DNA of 64,000 nt from Octopus vulgaris (Eukaryota). The first letter of the stretch is position 1, and each line of letters begins with the position of its first letter. The notes under the pieces were generated by a model, which saw only the letters and a program-made list of their open reading frames with translations, was not told the origin of the DNA and ran no database searches. This document shows, one piece after another, positions 27,143 through 40,776 of this stretch. Location of the stretch: contig OX597818.1 in the NCBI GenBank assembly GCA_951406725.2, positions 45,694,001-45,758,000 on the forward strand, given 5' to 3'. The position numbers and the translations under genes are program-made.

Positions 27143-29235
27143 CTGAAATGGAAAATTAACATTAGAAACAGAAAGATTCATTACCCATGTACATTAACAA
27201 TCTCTTTCTTAATTTAAAACATCTCAGTGGTAAATAGACATTACAATATAGTGATTAAAAAACTATTGAACACTATCTATAATTGTTAAAATGGTTTTAA
27301 AAAGTCAGAAGACTTTTTAAGTATAAAAATAGACTTTCATCATCATCATCATCATTTAACGTCCGCTTTCCATGCTAGCATGGGTTGGACGATTTTGACT
27401 GAGGGCAGGCGAACCAGATGGCTGCACCAGGCTCCAGTCTTGATTTGGCAGAGTTTCTACAGCTTGATGCCCTTCCTAACGCCAACCACTCCGAGAGTGT
27501 AGTAGGTGCTTTTACGCTCTTGGAGTGAACCACACATACACATGTGTGTGTTTTTTGTGTGTGTGTACATGTATGTGCATATACACGTGTGTGTGGGTGT
27601 GTGTGTGAAAGTGCATCGGGCTCACAATCATGATGGAGTGAGCTCAATTCTTGGACTCAGCTGTGTGGAGTGTTCTTGAGCAAGACACTTTATTTCATGT
27701 TGCTCCAGTTCACTCAGCTGAAGAAATGAGTTGCGACGTCACTGATGCCAAGCTGTATCAGCCTTTACTTTCACCTTGGATAACATCAGTGGTATGGAGA
27801 GGGGAAACAGGTATGTATGGGTGACTACTGGTCTTCCATACACAACCTTGCCTGGACTTCTACCTCGGAGGGTAACTTTCTAGGTGCAATCGCATGGTCA
27901 TTCATGACCAAAGGGGGTCTTTACTCTATAAGTATATATATAGATATTTTTTTTCATTTTCATTTTATCTAGTTTCAGCTAACGAGCTGTGGCCATGCTG
28001 GGGCACCGCCATTAAAGAAGAGGCTGTCAACACATTTAGTACTTATTCTATCAGTCTCTTTTGCCGAACCGCTAAGTTATGGTGACGTAAACACACCAGC
28101 ATCGGTTGTCAAGTGATGTTGACGGGACAAACACAGACACAAACATACATATATCATCACCATCATTATTATCATCATCGTTTAACATTCACTTTCCATG
28201 CTGGCATGGGTTGGACAGTTTGACTGAGGACTGGCAAGCCAAAAGGCTGCACCAGGTTCCAATCTGATCTGGCAAGGTTTCTACAACTAGATGCCCTTCA
28301 TAATGCCAACCCCTCCGAGAGTGTGGTGGGTGCTTTTTACTTGCCACCAGCACAAGGGTCTGTCAGGCGCTACTGGCATTGACCACACTCAAATGGTGCT
28401 TTTTATGTGCCACTGGCATGGGAGCCAGTCATATATATATATGTATGTATATACATATATACAAATAAGTTCAGCAAAAATTTAGATTCAAATGAATATG
28501 GTACTTAATTTAGATGCACCAGAATTTTGTATGGTGTTATCCATAAAAATCCGTGAGGTGATTATAATCAAAATAAGCAACAAGAATGACTCCGGTAATT
28601 TGGTACGATCATTTCGTACTACATCATTTTATTACATGTTGTAAGTATTGCAACAGGTTTAAGATGCTGAGTACTCATCAGCCAATTATAGAGGTTTAAT
28701 TATTTGATCATATATACAAATATACACATATATTTGCATACACACACACACACATACACACACACACACGCAAGTTGGAAATAAACAGTACAGAAAATAA
28801 AACAAGTTTACACTTTGACCATATAAAGTCCTTTCATCATTGTCAATATCACCATTTAACACTCGCTTTCCCATGCTTGCATGGATCATACAAAGTTTGT
28901 GGAGGTAGATTTTCTACAGTCAGATGCCTTTCCTGTTGCCAACCCTCACCAATTTTCAAACAAGGTAATATTTTCCACAGCCAGACATACTCTATTTTAC
29001 TTGTTTCAGTCATTTGACTGCGGCCATGCTGGAGCACTGCCTTTAGTCGAGCATATCGACCCCGGGACTTATTCTTTGTAAGCCCAGTACTTATTCTATC
29101 GGTCTCTTTTGCCGAACCGCTAAGTAATGGGGATGTAAACACACCAGCATCGGTTGTCAAACAATGCTAGGGAGACAAACACAGTCAACAAACACAGACA
29201 CACAAACACATACACACACACACATACACACACAC

Positions 29236-29281
<46 letters not shown>

Positions 29282-29283
<2 letters not shown>

Positions 29284-29540
29284 GTAAAGACCCCCTTCGG
29301 TCATGAATGACCATGGGATTGCACCTAGAAAGTTCCCCTCCTAGACACAAGTCCGGGCAAGGTTGTTTATGAAAGGCCAGCAGTCGCCCATGCATACCAA
29401 CCTCCCCTCTCCACGCCACCAGTGTTATCCAAGGGAAAGACAAAGGTTGATACAGCTTGGCACCAGGGACGTCGCAACTCATTTCTACAGCTGAGTGAAC
29501 TGGATCGTAAGCTCGACGCTCTAACCACTGAGCCATGCGC
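29282..29540 (-). mobile_element. tRNA-headed SINE (family E) nested in the microsatellite of a family A SINE
   Basis: Head TGGCTCAGTGGTTAGAGCG; homologous copy at about 27660-27922(+). Confidence 0.75.
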
Positions 29541-29911
29541 CTTCACATATATATATATATATACGACGGGCTTCTTTCAGTTTCTGTCTACCAAATCCAC
29601 TCACAAGGCATTGGTCGGCCCGGGGCTATAGCAGAAGACACTTGCCCAAGATGCCACGCAGTGGGACTGAACCCGGAACCATGTGTTTGGTTATCAAGCT
29701 ACTTACCACACAGCCACTCGTGCGCCCTGTTTTTTTTTGTGTCAAATGATACCGCTTGTATGATGGTGCTGTTATTTACTATCTATCCATTACATGATGT
29801 TAGAACAAGGGTACACACTGAAACACATAAACACACACATACACACACATCTGACACCAGTTAAATTCTCAGTCATTGTCACTGAAACAAGAAAATTAAT
29901 CATTAACAAAC

Positions 29912-29993
29912 CTCTTCAATGGAGAGACGATCATCAATTCCATTGTTCGCTTTTCTCTGGGAAAACTGATGTGAACCAGATCTTTTACTGGCT
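29912..29993 (-). CDS. EME1: EME1 coding exon 6
   Basis: ttcaccag|A GCC...GAG|gtttgt, 82 nt, phase 2-0; ASKRSGSHQFSQRKANNGIDDRLSIEE, supplies exactly the phase needed between exons 5 and 7 and the R.D.EE motif. Confidence 0.85.
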
Positions 29994-30801
29994 CTGGTGA
30001 ACAAAAAAATATAGAGTATTTTATTAAATTTGCTGTATACATACTCTACTCTCTCTTTTACTCTTTTACTTGCTTCAGTCATTAGACTGTGGCCATGCTG
30101 GAGCACCGCCTTTAGTCGAGCACATCGACCCCAAGACTTATTTTTTGTAAGCCTAGTACTTATTCTATCGGTCTTTTTTGCCGAACCGCTAAGTTACGGG
30201 GACGTAAACACACCATCGTTTAACGTCCGCTTTCCATTCTAACATGGGTTGAATGATTTGACTGAGGACTGGCAAACAAGATGGCTGCACCAGGCTCCAA
30301 TCTGATCTGGCAGAGTTTCTACAGCCGGATGCCCTTCCTAATGCCAACCACTCCAAAAGTGTAGTGGGTGTTTTTATGTGCCACCGGCACGAGGGCCAGT
30401 GAGGCGGTACTGGCAACGACCACACTGAAGTGTTTTTTTTACATGTCACCTGCACAGGAGCCAGTCCAGTGGCACTGGCAACGACCTCGCTCAAATGTTT
30501 TTCACGTGCCAGTAAGGCAAGGCTGTAACGATCACATTTGAATGATGCTTTTTACATGCCACCGGCATGGAAGCCAGTCAGCTGGTCTGGCAGCGATCAC
30601 GCTTGGCAATATATAAAAAAAAAAGGTACGATTGCCAAAGGCAAACTGCTTTTGATCTTAGATCTGCTCAGTCAGAACTGAATTTGGGTTAAACAGCAAC
30701 AATAAATCATACAAGACAATGTTCCATGGTAGACCAAACACATTAACATTTTGTAGAGCAAAAATTATTAGATATTAAAGTTACTGTTTTTATCAACTTA
30801 C

Positions 30802-30917
30802 TGACTTCCAATATGTGATCCAATGACAGCTAACGTCACAGAGTAACCTGGGTAGAGAGACTGGATATTCTCAGCATATTGGTCTAATGATGACACATTA
30901 TTCATAGCCATACTATT
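30802..30917 (-). CDS. EME1: EME1 coding exon 5
   Basis: aaacag|AAT...CA|gtaagt, 116 nt, phase 0-2; SSLDQYAENIQSLYPGYSVTLAVIG fits the EME1 TL.......I....GK.LSLVIV pattern. Confidence 0.87.
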
Positions 30918-30979
30918 CTGTTTTGAATTAAGAAAAAATACATTAACTGTAAAAACTTCAAAATATTTCAAGAATATAT

Positions 30980-31890
30980 TATTTACATTATTTACATTCG
31001 ACAGATATTTGTCCTCATTTTGTTTGTTGTTAACACGATGTTTCGGCTGATATACCCTCCAGCTTTCTTCAGGCGACTTGGGGAAATTTCGAACCTGGGT
31101 TCTCATTCCTAAGTTCTTTTTCGATGTTGTTGTTGTTGTATACCTTCATCAGGTGTCTTGGGGAAATTTCGAACCTGGGTTCACATTCCTAAGGTATTTT
31201 TTGCCGCTGCTGTCGTCATCATCATCATTATTATTCAGGACACTACCTGGAATCGAACTCAGAATCTTGGGGTTAGTAGCTCGCACTCTTAACCACTACA
31301 CCATATACCCGTGGGCAATTATGGAGTGGATTTTAGGGCTTATAAATCTAATATTTTCCTATCCTCTTTTAATACCGGTTCCCATATGCTACTCATATCT
31401 GCACTCAGTCTGCTTAGGAGATTGTTGTGTCCTAGTATATGTGCTGCTTCTTTTAGTTTTCGTATTTTCCAGGGGTGTCCTCTGTCTATTATTTTAACTT
31501 CATCCCACAGGGGGAGGTGGTCTCCATTTTTCCATACATGATCAGCTATAACCGATTTATCAATATCTCCTCGTTTCACAGCTTTGCGATGTTCGTCTAC
31601 CCCTATTTTGAAGGGGTGGCATGTTTTGCCTTTGTATAACCTACCACAGCTGCATGGGATGGCATACACACAGTCTTTGGTCATATTCTCTTTTACTGGT
31701 AGTTTTAATCGAAGGTGATATTTACGAAGTGTTGTATTACTCCTGAATACTGTCCTGATGTCATATGGGCCGTATACCTTTTGTATCTTTTTAGAGAGGC
31801 CTTTCACATAGGGTAGACAGATTGTGGGCCGTTTATTGGTTTCATCCTCTCTTTTCTTCATAATTGGAGTGGATAGTACTATACACAATT
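30980..31890 (-). mobile_element. Penelope/Poseidon-type element 3' fragment: GIY-YIG endonuclease plus tandem pseudo-LTRs
   Basis: ORF 31340-31888 LPYVKGLS...VYAIPCSCGRLYKGKT...EHR...SVIADH...KLKEAAHI; duplicated pLTR segments at 31030-31125 and 31143-31200 containing hammerhead core. Confidence 0.9.
31032..31077 (-). ncRNA. Minimal type I hammerhead motif in Penelope pLTR
   Basis: GUCGC-CUGAAGA-A-AGCUG[10 nt]CAGCC-GAAA-CA-UC/GUGUU; core present, stem I weakened. Confidence 0.68.
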
Positions 31891-34800
31891 CCTCATTTCT
31901 TAAATATAGAACTGTATTTCAAGAATATATTGGAATGTTCCGAAGAAAGGAGATGAGAAAATTAAGTTAAATCTCCAAAAGGAACCCCCAATATAATCAC
32001 ATCTTTTTGTTATATTTCTTTAACCTTAATGTTGAACTATTTACATATACTTGTTCACCTTGATCTATTGAGACTTCTTCCTGAAATCTAACAAGTGAAT
32101 GTAGTGGTACAGCTAGTCACAGTGCCATACAAGGACACTCTTTTACTTGTTTCAGTCATTTGACTGTGGCGATGCTGGAGCACTGCCTTTAGTCAAGCAA
32201 ATCGACCCCAGGACTTACTTTTTGTAAGCCTAGTACTTATTCTATCGGTCTCTTTTGCCAAACTGCTAAGTTACAGGGACGTAAACACACCAGCATCGGT
32301 TGTCAAGCGATGTTGGGGAGACAAACACAGACACGCAAACATATACACAAACATACACATATAGACATATTAACGACAGGCTTCTTTCAGTTTCTGTCTA
32401 CCAAATCCACTCACAAGGCTTTGGTTGTCCCGAGGCTATAGCAGAAGACACTTGCCCAAGGTGCCACGCAATGGGACTGAACTCGGAATAATGTGGTTGG
32501 TAAGCAAGCCACTTACCACACAGCCACTCCTATGCCTGGAGAGAATGGATGTCGACCCACGCGTGAAGCGCGGCAACTGCTGCAATGGCCCGTACGCATC
32601 GGTCTCAGTCTAATATTTGTGCCGTGACCAATGCAGAAGGGCAACCATATCGTCACAACCAGGGGAGGGGGTGCTGCCCTGGACCAGCCGAGCGGACGCT
32701 GGCAGCGAGCAGCGGTGATGCCATGAAGGCATGGCAGCTACTGAACACCGTTTTCCGGCCCGACACCTGGGTGCAACCTGCGATCGCGGCTTCAGCTGCA
32801 TGTATTACCAGCACTGGTTTCAAATTTTGTGGGAGGGACCTAGTCAATTACACCAACCCCAGTGCTCAACTCGTACTCATTTTATCGACCCTGAAACGAT
32901 GAAAAGCAAAGTCAACCTCAGCAAAATTTGAAGTCAGAACATAAAGACAGATGAAATACCACTCAGCATTTTACCCAGCATGCTAATGATTCTGCCAACT
33001 CACTGCTTTGTGCCATATAAGGATATTGTAGTAACATTGATAAATGAAAGAACTACTGATGTCACTGAGAATGTTGAACAATAATAACAACTATTTCTTT
33101 ACTACACACAAGGGGCTTCACATAGAGGGGACAAAGAAGGACAGACAAATGGATTAAGTCGATTACATCAACCCCAGTGCGTAACTGGTACTTATTTAAT
33201 CGACCCCGAAAGGATGAAAGGCAAAGTCAACCTCGGCGGAATTTGAACTCAGAATGTAGCAGCAGACGAAATACTGCTAAGCATTTCGCCCGGCGTGCTA
33301 ACAATTCTCCCAGCTCACCACCTTAATAACAACTAGTGAGGGTCACTTATGACAAAGAATAATTAAAGGAAAAAAGGCAGGTTCAGCTTTAAAATAATGA
33401 CACAACAATGATGTAATTGTTATGCAAATTACTGTAGCATTGCATATAAGCTGGTCAAAGCTATTTAAGGACAGCAGTGCAACCTTTTGACTAGTACAAC
33501 ATGACATGAGAGATATCAATGTCAAATATACAACTAAGCCAGTGTAAAAGGGAGATCTGAGATTAAAGCATTTTGTTAGTTATTTATGCAAAGTTATAGC
33601 TAAAGAATCATCATCATCATCCTTTTATGCTTTCCATGCTAGCATGGGTTGGACGATTTTGACTGAGGGCTGGCAAACCAGATGGCTGCACCAGGCTCCA
33701 ATCTTGATTTGGCAGAGTTTCTACAGCTGGATGCCCTTCCTAACACCAACCACTCCAGAGTATAGTGAGTGCTTTTTACATGCCACCAGCACGGGGCCAG
33801 TCAGGCAGTACTGGCAATGACCTCGCTCGAATCCTTTTATACATGCCACCAACACAGGTGCCAGTAAGGCGACGTTGGTAATGATCACACTCGAATGGTG
33901 CCCTTTCACATGCCACTGGCACAAGTGCCAGTAAGGCGACGCTGGTAATGATCACACTCGAATGGTGCCCTTTAAGTGTCACTGGCACAGAAGCCAGTTA
34001 GCTGCTCTGTCTATGATCACCCTCGTATGGTGCTCTTTGCACCCTGCTAGCACGGACGCCAGTCATTGAATTTGATTTTGATTTCGATTTTGCTTTTGAT
34101 TGATTTCACTTGCCTCAACAGGTCTCATGTAAATCACTTTTTTTATAAATAAAACACATTGATCTCCCCATCTATTGACAACAAACTATAACAGTTAGTT
34201 AAAAACAAAGTAACATCTGGTTGTGTTGGATTTACTTTCATTAATTTAGATGTAATTTCTCCAATGATGTGATTGAGAGTGAAAGGACATGAAGAGCACC
34301 TCAATTTCATTTTAATCTGGTGGGGACTAAGTCCATCTCTCACCTTACTGAGAACTCTCAGACTGTCAGGTCAGGCTAAATTGGGAAATGTTAGGTTTAG
34401 TTCAAATTGCTGAAGGCGAAAACATGAGCAGATACAGAAGTCTCATGGAATGGATCCTGACATGGAGCAATTACTTGGATGAAGAGCAATCTTAATACAC
34501 CATGAATGTTAAAAAAATCATTATTCTATCATCATCATCATCATTTAACGTCCTCTTTCCATGCTAGCATGGGTTGGACAATTTGACTGAGGTCTGGCGA
34601 ACCAGACTCCAATCTGATCTGGCAGAGTTTCTACAGCTGGATGCCCTTCCTAACGCCAACCACTCTGAGAGTGTAGTGGGTGTTTTTACAGGCCACCGGC
34701 ACGAGGATCAGTTTGGTGGTACTGGCAACGGCCACGCCCAAATGGTGCATTTTACGTGCCACCTGCACAGGAGCCAGTCTAGCAGCACTGGCGACGACCT

Positions 34801-36042
34801 CACTCAAATGTTTCACATGCCACCAGCACAAGTGCTAGTAAGGTGACACGGTAACGATCACGCTCGAATGGTGTGCTTAAACATGCCATCGGCACGAAGG
34901 CCAGCTTGTTGCTCTGGCAATGATCTCACTCAAATGGTACTCTTAGCGTTCCACTAGCAACGGATGCCAGTCACCGAGTTTGATTTTGACATTGATTTTG
35001 AAGACAATTTTAAGAAGAGACCTTAAACAACAAGTTGTTGTGTTTTACTCAAGTTAATTTTATATGTGTGTATTCCAACAAATATTCTATTAACCAATCA
35101 ATGGCATACAAAATGAAACAACCACCTTAGAACATGGACAATACAAAGACAAAGAACATCAAGTATAAGACATGATCTTTTCTACAGTCTTTGACCAAAT
35201 ACCACGCCCAACATCCAAAAGCTATTCTTGACACATTAAATATCAGAAAGACAAGCATTTTAAGTATGATGTTATTGCAGTTCTTTGTGTCCAAACATCA
35301 CGAAGAAGAGATGCAAGTCCTTAAGTGGCTATGTAAACCAATCCTTCAATGACAGGCTCTGTCACACTTGAGGCAACTATAAAGGCTTTGGTCAGATAGA
35401 GATCATGACACTGAGTCTTTCCTTCTTTGGCATTTCTCATCCATCACAACTTCTCTGGCCTTCTTAAAGTTGTTTGCAGTTTCACACCTCCCTCTGTGCA
35501 ATGACTTCATCCCACCTTGTGCAATCTATTCTTGCCTGGGTAAGTTGATCCTCAACTGATCCACAAAATGCTTCCAAGGGACTCCTCTTGTCTCTCTTTC
35601 TCTGGCTGAACTCACTGTAGAAAATGCCCTTTGGCATTCTGGATTTGTCCATGTGTGAGACATGGCCTGCCCATCTGAGCTGTCAGTAGAGCAGCATTGC
35701 TTCCATGCTACCACAATAAACTTTACAAAGAGCTTCAAGTGATATATGTTTACAAAGTCAGAAAACAGCACAGCTCCCATGACTTTCAGAAACATTTTTT
35801 CATGCTAAGAGTTGCTGAAGTATGAAACAAATTTCTCTTTATACTAGGCTTTTAACTAAGAAATTTTTTCTTCACAGTCAAACTAATTATGTTTACAATG
35901 TTTTATAAATTTCAGATTATGCAGATTTAAAACAATAACTTTTTCCAACTGATGATGCAACTCAAAATTGCTTTTACAAAGATAATTTTTACATAATTTT
36001 ACATGCAAAAAAAATAGGGAATGAAGTGAAAATGTTTTTTAC

Positions 36043-36135
36043 CGTTTTAAAGTGATCTAACATGTCAGTAAAGATGTCTAATGGCATCATTATTACAATA
36101 TCTTTTTCATCAACGTCCAAATTCCAAGTTTTGAC
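36043..36135 (-). CDS. EME1: EME1 coding exon 4
   Basis: cttcag|GTC...ACG|gtaaaa, 93 nt, phase 0-0; VKTWNLDVDEKDIVIMMPLDIFTDMLDHFKT. Confidence 0.85.
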
Positions 36136-38677
36136 CTGAAGATTAGAATGGTAACAGATAATGCATAAGTTGGAAGGCAAAAATGATGATGTTGATTCCA
36201 AGAAAGAAGGACAGTGGCCATAATTGCAGATAATCAAATTTTATTTACCATTACATAAGTATATATTTCTTTACTACCCACAAGGGGCTAAACATAGAGG
36301 GGACAAACAAGGACAGACAAACGGATTAAGTCGATTACATCGACCCCAGTGCATAACTGGTACTTAATTTATCGACCCCGAAAGGATGAAAGGCAAACTC
36401 GACCTCGGCGGAATTTGAACTCAGAACGTAATGGCAAACGAAATATGGCTACGCATTTCACCCGGCGTGCTAACGATTCTGCCAGCTCGCCGCCTTACCA
36501 TTACATATGTATAGCCAAACCAAAACAGGCAGGCATGTATAAAAACAGGTGGAAAGCATATGAGGCAACAAGAGTTATAGTTTCTTGTATGAATGCTGCT
36601 GTTTTCATGTTTGCTAACAACTAGATGCTAAAATAGGGGTCAGAGGAAGATAGGGTGAATGTAAGTTTAGAAAGTCGATAGTATGAGACTTTCGTGTTCC
36701 CGTCAATTAAGCAGCAGTGGAGAGAGACAGAGAGACAGAGTGATACTGTCAAAATGAAAGTGAGTGAGTGAGCAAGGTAAGATAGTGGTGGAGAAGACAA
36801 TTGTATCACTGGTGGATTCCAAAGCTGTCCTTCTATGACGTTCTGTCGAGACGGTATTTCGAGCCAGTCAGCCCGCTCTCTGTCAGTTGTTCTCACCCAC
36901 TGCTTTTTCTTTACAAAATGCTAGTATTTATAATTGCACAGGCTAGTTAGGAAAATGGATATACCATTTTAACTATAGCTAAATTAATATAAGTCACACT
37001 CGTTTACCTAAACTCTCTATGGTATAGCAATGTCAAGGGTCAAATGGAAAATGCTTTAATCAGCATTCCTTTTTGAAAAGACAATAGGTCTTATGGCTAG
37101 GGAGAATTTCCAGATTCAGTCTCGAATCTCAGGCAGGCAGGGCCAAACGAGGTCCTACAGAATGAACACAGAATATTTTAATCAATTTATTACACATGAG
37201 GGGAAAATTCTGTTTCTAATATTGATTTCAAATTTTGACACAAGGCCAGCAATTTCAGAGGAGGGGCTAAGTTGATTACATTGACCTCAGTGTTCAACTA
37301 GAGCTTATTTTATTGACTCCCAAAAGGATGAAAGGCAAAGTTAACCTAGGGAGCATTTGAACTCAAAACATAAAGGATAAAGTACTGTTAAGCATTTTGC
37401 CCGATGTGCTAACAATTCTGCCAGCTTGCTGACTTAAATACTGTTTCTAATACTGAAAATAAGAACAGAAGATAGAATCTAGATCAATTTCATACAAAAC
37501 CAACAGTTTTTGTTGCTTAGCTCTGTTCAAATAAGCCATTGAGATGAAAGTAATCTGACTGATTGTTAGGGAACAATCTGAAGGTCCTACCTCTGATTTC
37601 AGCATTTAACCCTTTAGCATTTAAACCGGCCATATCCGGCTGAAATGTTCTACTTGTTTTATGTTCAAATTGGCCAGATCCAACCTCTCACACAGACCCT
37701 ATAATGTCACTCTTACAAATAAACAATTGCATCATCGAAATCTTGAAGCTACATGAAAATGCATGTTTAATTCAAAACAATTTAAGTTAATAAGCATTAC
37801 AATTGACAGAATAATCTGAATGCTAAAGGCTTTAAATGGTTTTATATGACAACAAAATCAATGAATTTGAGTTGATATCGAATTTTCCCCATAACAAAAT
37901 GGAAGAAATATCACCGGATCAGCCAGGCTGTTTGGTGCTGAGTTGGCTCTGTTGGCCACAGTATTTGCTCCATTCCCTTCATGCTCTTACCATTCTCCTC
38001 CATGTTGTTCTAAACACCTTTCTTAAATCATCTGCCCACCTGATTGGAGGTTTTCCAAGTGGTCTCTTCCATTCACGCAGGTACCACACTCTCCCCCATC
38101 AGGTGATTCAAGCCAGTCACCTCTTGCTAAGGACCTGCAGTTGTAGGTGCATATGGCAAGGTTAGCCAGTTTTCTTGGTACCTTCTTACAACCTGAGATT
38201 CTCAGCACTCCCTTGTATGTATGTACCTGACATGCTTTTTTTCAGTCAACCGAATCCACCCATAAGGCTTTCATTAACCTGGGGCTACAGAAGATATTTG
38301 TCCCATGGTAGGGAAATAAGCCTCTTAATCAAACAGTTATGTCCGTACTTATACACAGCCATGCCTGGACCTGCCCATTTAATTTATTAATTTTCATTAC
38401 TTTTCCATGATTACTTCTCTGGTAGTTTACTTCAATAATTTGAATTTTCTTTAACATAATCTTTTATTCTTTTACTTGTTTCAGTCATTTGACTGCAGCC
38501 ATGCTGGAGCACCGCCTTTAGTCGAGCAAATCAGTCCCAGGATTTATTCCTTGTAAGCTCAGTACTTATTCCATTGGTTTCTTTTGCCGAAACACTAAGT
38601 TACGGGGATGTAAACACACCAGCATCGGTTGTCAAATGACGGTAGGGGGACAAACACAGACACACAAACACACACAT

Positions 38678-38715
<38 letters not shown>

Positions 38716-39456
38716 TATATAGATAGATAGATAGATAGATAGATAGAGAGAGAGATAGATATAGATATAGATATACATATGTTTGTGTATACGACAGGCT
38801 TCCTTCAGTTTCCGTCTACAAAATTCCCTCACAAGGTTTTGGTCAGCTTGAAGCTATTGTAGAAGACACTTGCCCAAGGTGCCACACAGTGGAACTGAAC
38901 CCGGAACCATGTAGTTGGTAAGCAAGCTACTTGCCACACAGCCCCTCCTGTGCCTATATAAATGAAAGATCAATCATTATTCATTATTTTTGATCTTTTA
39001 CTTGTTCCAGTCATTAGACTGTAGCCATACTAGGGTACCGGCTAGAACTTTAATCAAATCAATCAACCCCAATACTTTCTTTTAAGCCTGGTATTTATTT
39101 TATCAGTCTCTTTTGCCAGACCACTAAGTTACAGGGACATAAACACACCAACAGCTGTTGTCAAGTGGTAAGGTGGGGGGCAAAAACAAACACACACACA
39201 CACACATATGATGGGCTTCTTTCTGTTTCCGTCCACCAAATCCATGCACAAGGCTTTGCTCAACTCAAGGCTATAGTAGAAGACAGTTGCCCAAAATGCC
39301 ACACAGTGGGACTGAACCTGGAACCATGCAGTTGGAAAGCAAACTTTTCATCGATTTTTTTCCTAAGCAATCATCAGTCACATAATGTATGAACAGTAAA
39401 GGAAATTATTTCATTTTTTTTTAATTAAGATAATGTAATTTGTTTGAATATATATA

Positions 39457-39627
39457 GGCGCAGGAGTGGCTGTGCGGTAAGCAGATTGTTTACGAACCAC
39501 ATGGTCCTGGGTTCAGTCACACTGCGTGGCACCTTGGGCAAGTGTCTTCTACTATAGCCTCGGGTCGACCAAAGCCTTGTGAGTGGATTTGGTAGATGGA
39601 AACTCAAAGAAGCCCATCGTATATATG

Positions 39628-39671
<44 letters not shown>

Positions 39672-39863
39672 TGTTTGTCCCCCAACATTGCTTGACAACC
39701 GATGCTGGTGTGTTTACATCCCTGTAACTTAGCAGTTCGTCAAAAGAGACCGATAGAATAAGTACTGGGCTTACAAGGAATAAGTCCTGGGGTCAATTTG
39801 CTCAACTAAAAGGCGGTGCTCCAGCATGGCCGCAGTCAAATGACTAAAACAAGTAAAAGAGTA
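39457..39863 (+). mobile_element. tRNA-headed SINE family A (internal TA/TG microsatellite, GTAAAAGA tail), representative copy
   Basis: Head GGCGCAGGAGTGGCTGTG.GGTAAG, B box GGTTCAGTC; other copies near 4135-4552(-), 16770-17135(+), 23555-23968(-), 28995-29725(-), 32140-32535(-), 38465-38955(-), 38995-39345(-), 59913-60267(+), 61905-62360(-). Confidence 0.9.
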
Positions 39864-39923
39864 TCAAGATAAAAGTTTCTGCTTCCAAATTCCAAGACAC
39901 AAGCAAAAATATATATACATTAC

Positions 39924-40094
39924 CTCTTGATCTTCAGTATCATAACACAGTGTAGTTCGTTTCCAAGAGACAACGTAAGGCATGAATTGAGATTCAATTT
40001 TATAAGTAACTTCAAGATCATCACAGGCACTGAAAATAGCTGTTCCGACACCAGACTGGTTAACCACACCAGGATCAATGATAACTGTCATAGA
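39924..40094 (-). CDS. EME1: EME1 coding exon 3 (start of ERCC4-like domain)
   Basis: ttcaacag|TCT...GAG|gtaatg, 171 nt, phase 0-0; SMTVIIDPGVV...PYVVSWKR matches EME1 IVVLDP...SVTWRR pattern. Confidence 0.9.
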
Positions 40095-40715
40095 CTGTTG
40101 AACAAAGCATAAGAAAAAAAGAAATCTTAATAACAGTATGACTACTGTGTTTGACTATTTACATCTCTATCAATTATTTTGTATCTATCAAGTTTCAACC
40201 AGACAACCTTCAAGCATGTTTCTCTATACTTTTTGCTAACAGAAACTGAAGTTAACAATACTTACTTTACTACAATCCTACATGGATATATATAATGGCA
40301 CGTAAAAAGCACCCACTACACTCACGGAGTGGTTGGCGTTAGGAAGGGCATCCAGCCGTAGAAACACTGCCAGATCTGACTGGGCCTGATGAAGCCTTCT
40401 GGCTTCACAGACCCCAGTTGAACCGTCCAACCCATGCTAGCATGGAAAACGGACGCTAAATGATGATGATGATGATATATATATATATATATCTAATATA
40501 GGATAAAATTTTTTGAAAAGAATTTCATCAATGGCCAGCATATTAAAAAATATCTTTAAAGGTTAAATTTATAAACAACTTATAAACAAGGGCAAAAAAA
40601 AAATTTCTAATGCCAAATATGCCGAAACTAGACACATCGTCCATAACCATATAATTCATCACTATAAGCACGCATCTCAAAGAAAGCCAACAGAAATTTC
40701 TAAAAAATTCTGTTA

Positions 40716-40776
40716 TTACCATATCGGACCCGATTTCAGAGTTAATTCATAAGAACCTTCTCTTCGTCAGTGATAA
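40716..40776 (-). ncRNA. Type I hammerhead ribozyme motif, intact core
   Basis: UUAUCA-CUGACGA-AGAG[18 nt]CUCU-GAA-AUCGG GU CCGAU-A/UGGUAA: stems I, II, III pair, core CUGANGA/GAAA/UH complete. Confidence 0.78.

Noticed and set aside
33720-34070. Regularly spaced 50-60 bp repeats resembling a CRISPR array
   Set aside because: Subrepeats of the RTE 3'UTR family; spacers are homologous to each other, no cas genes, eukaryotic context.
36660-37000. Possible solo LTR
   Set aside because: TG...CA candidates exist but no matching TSD and no second copy in the window.
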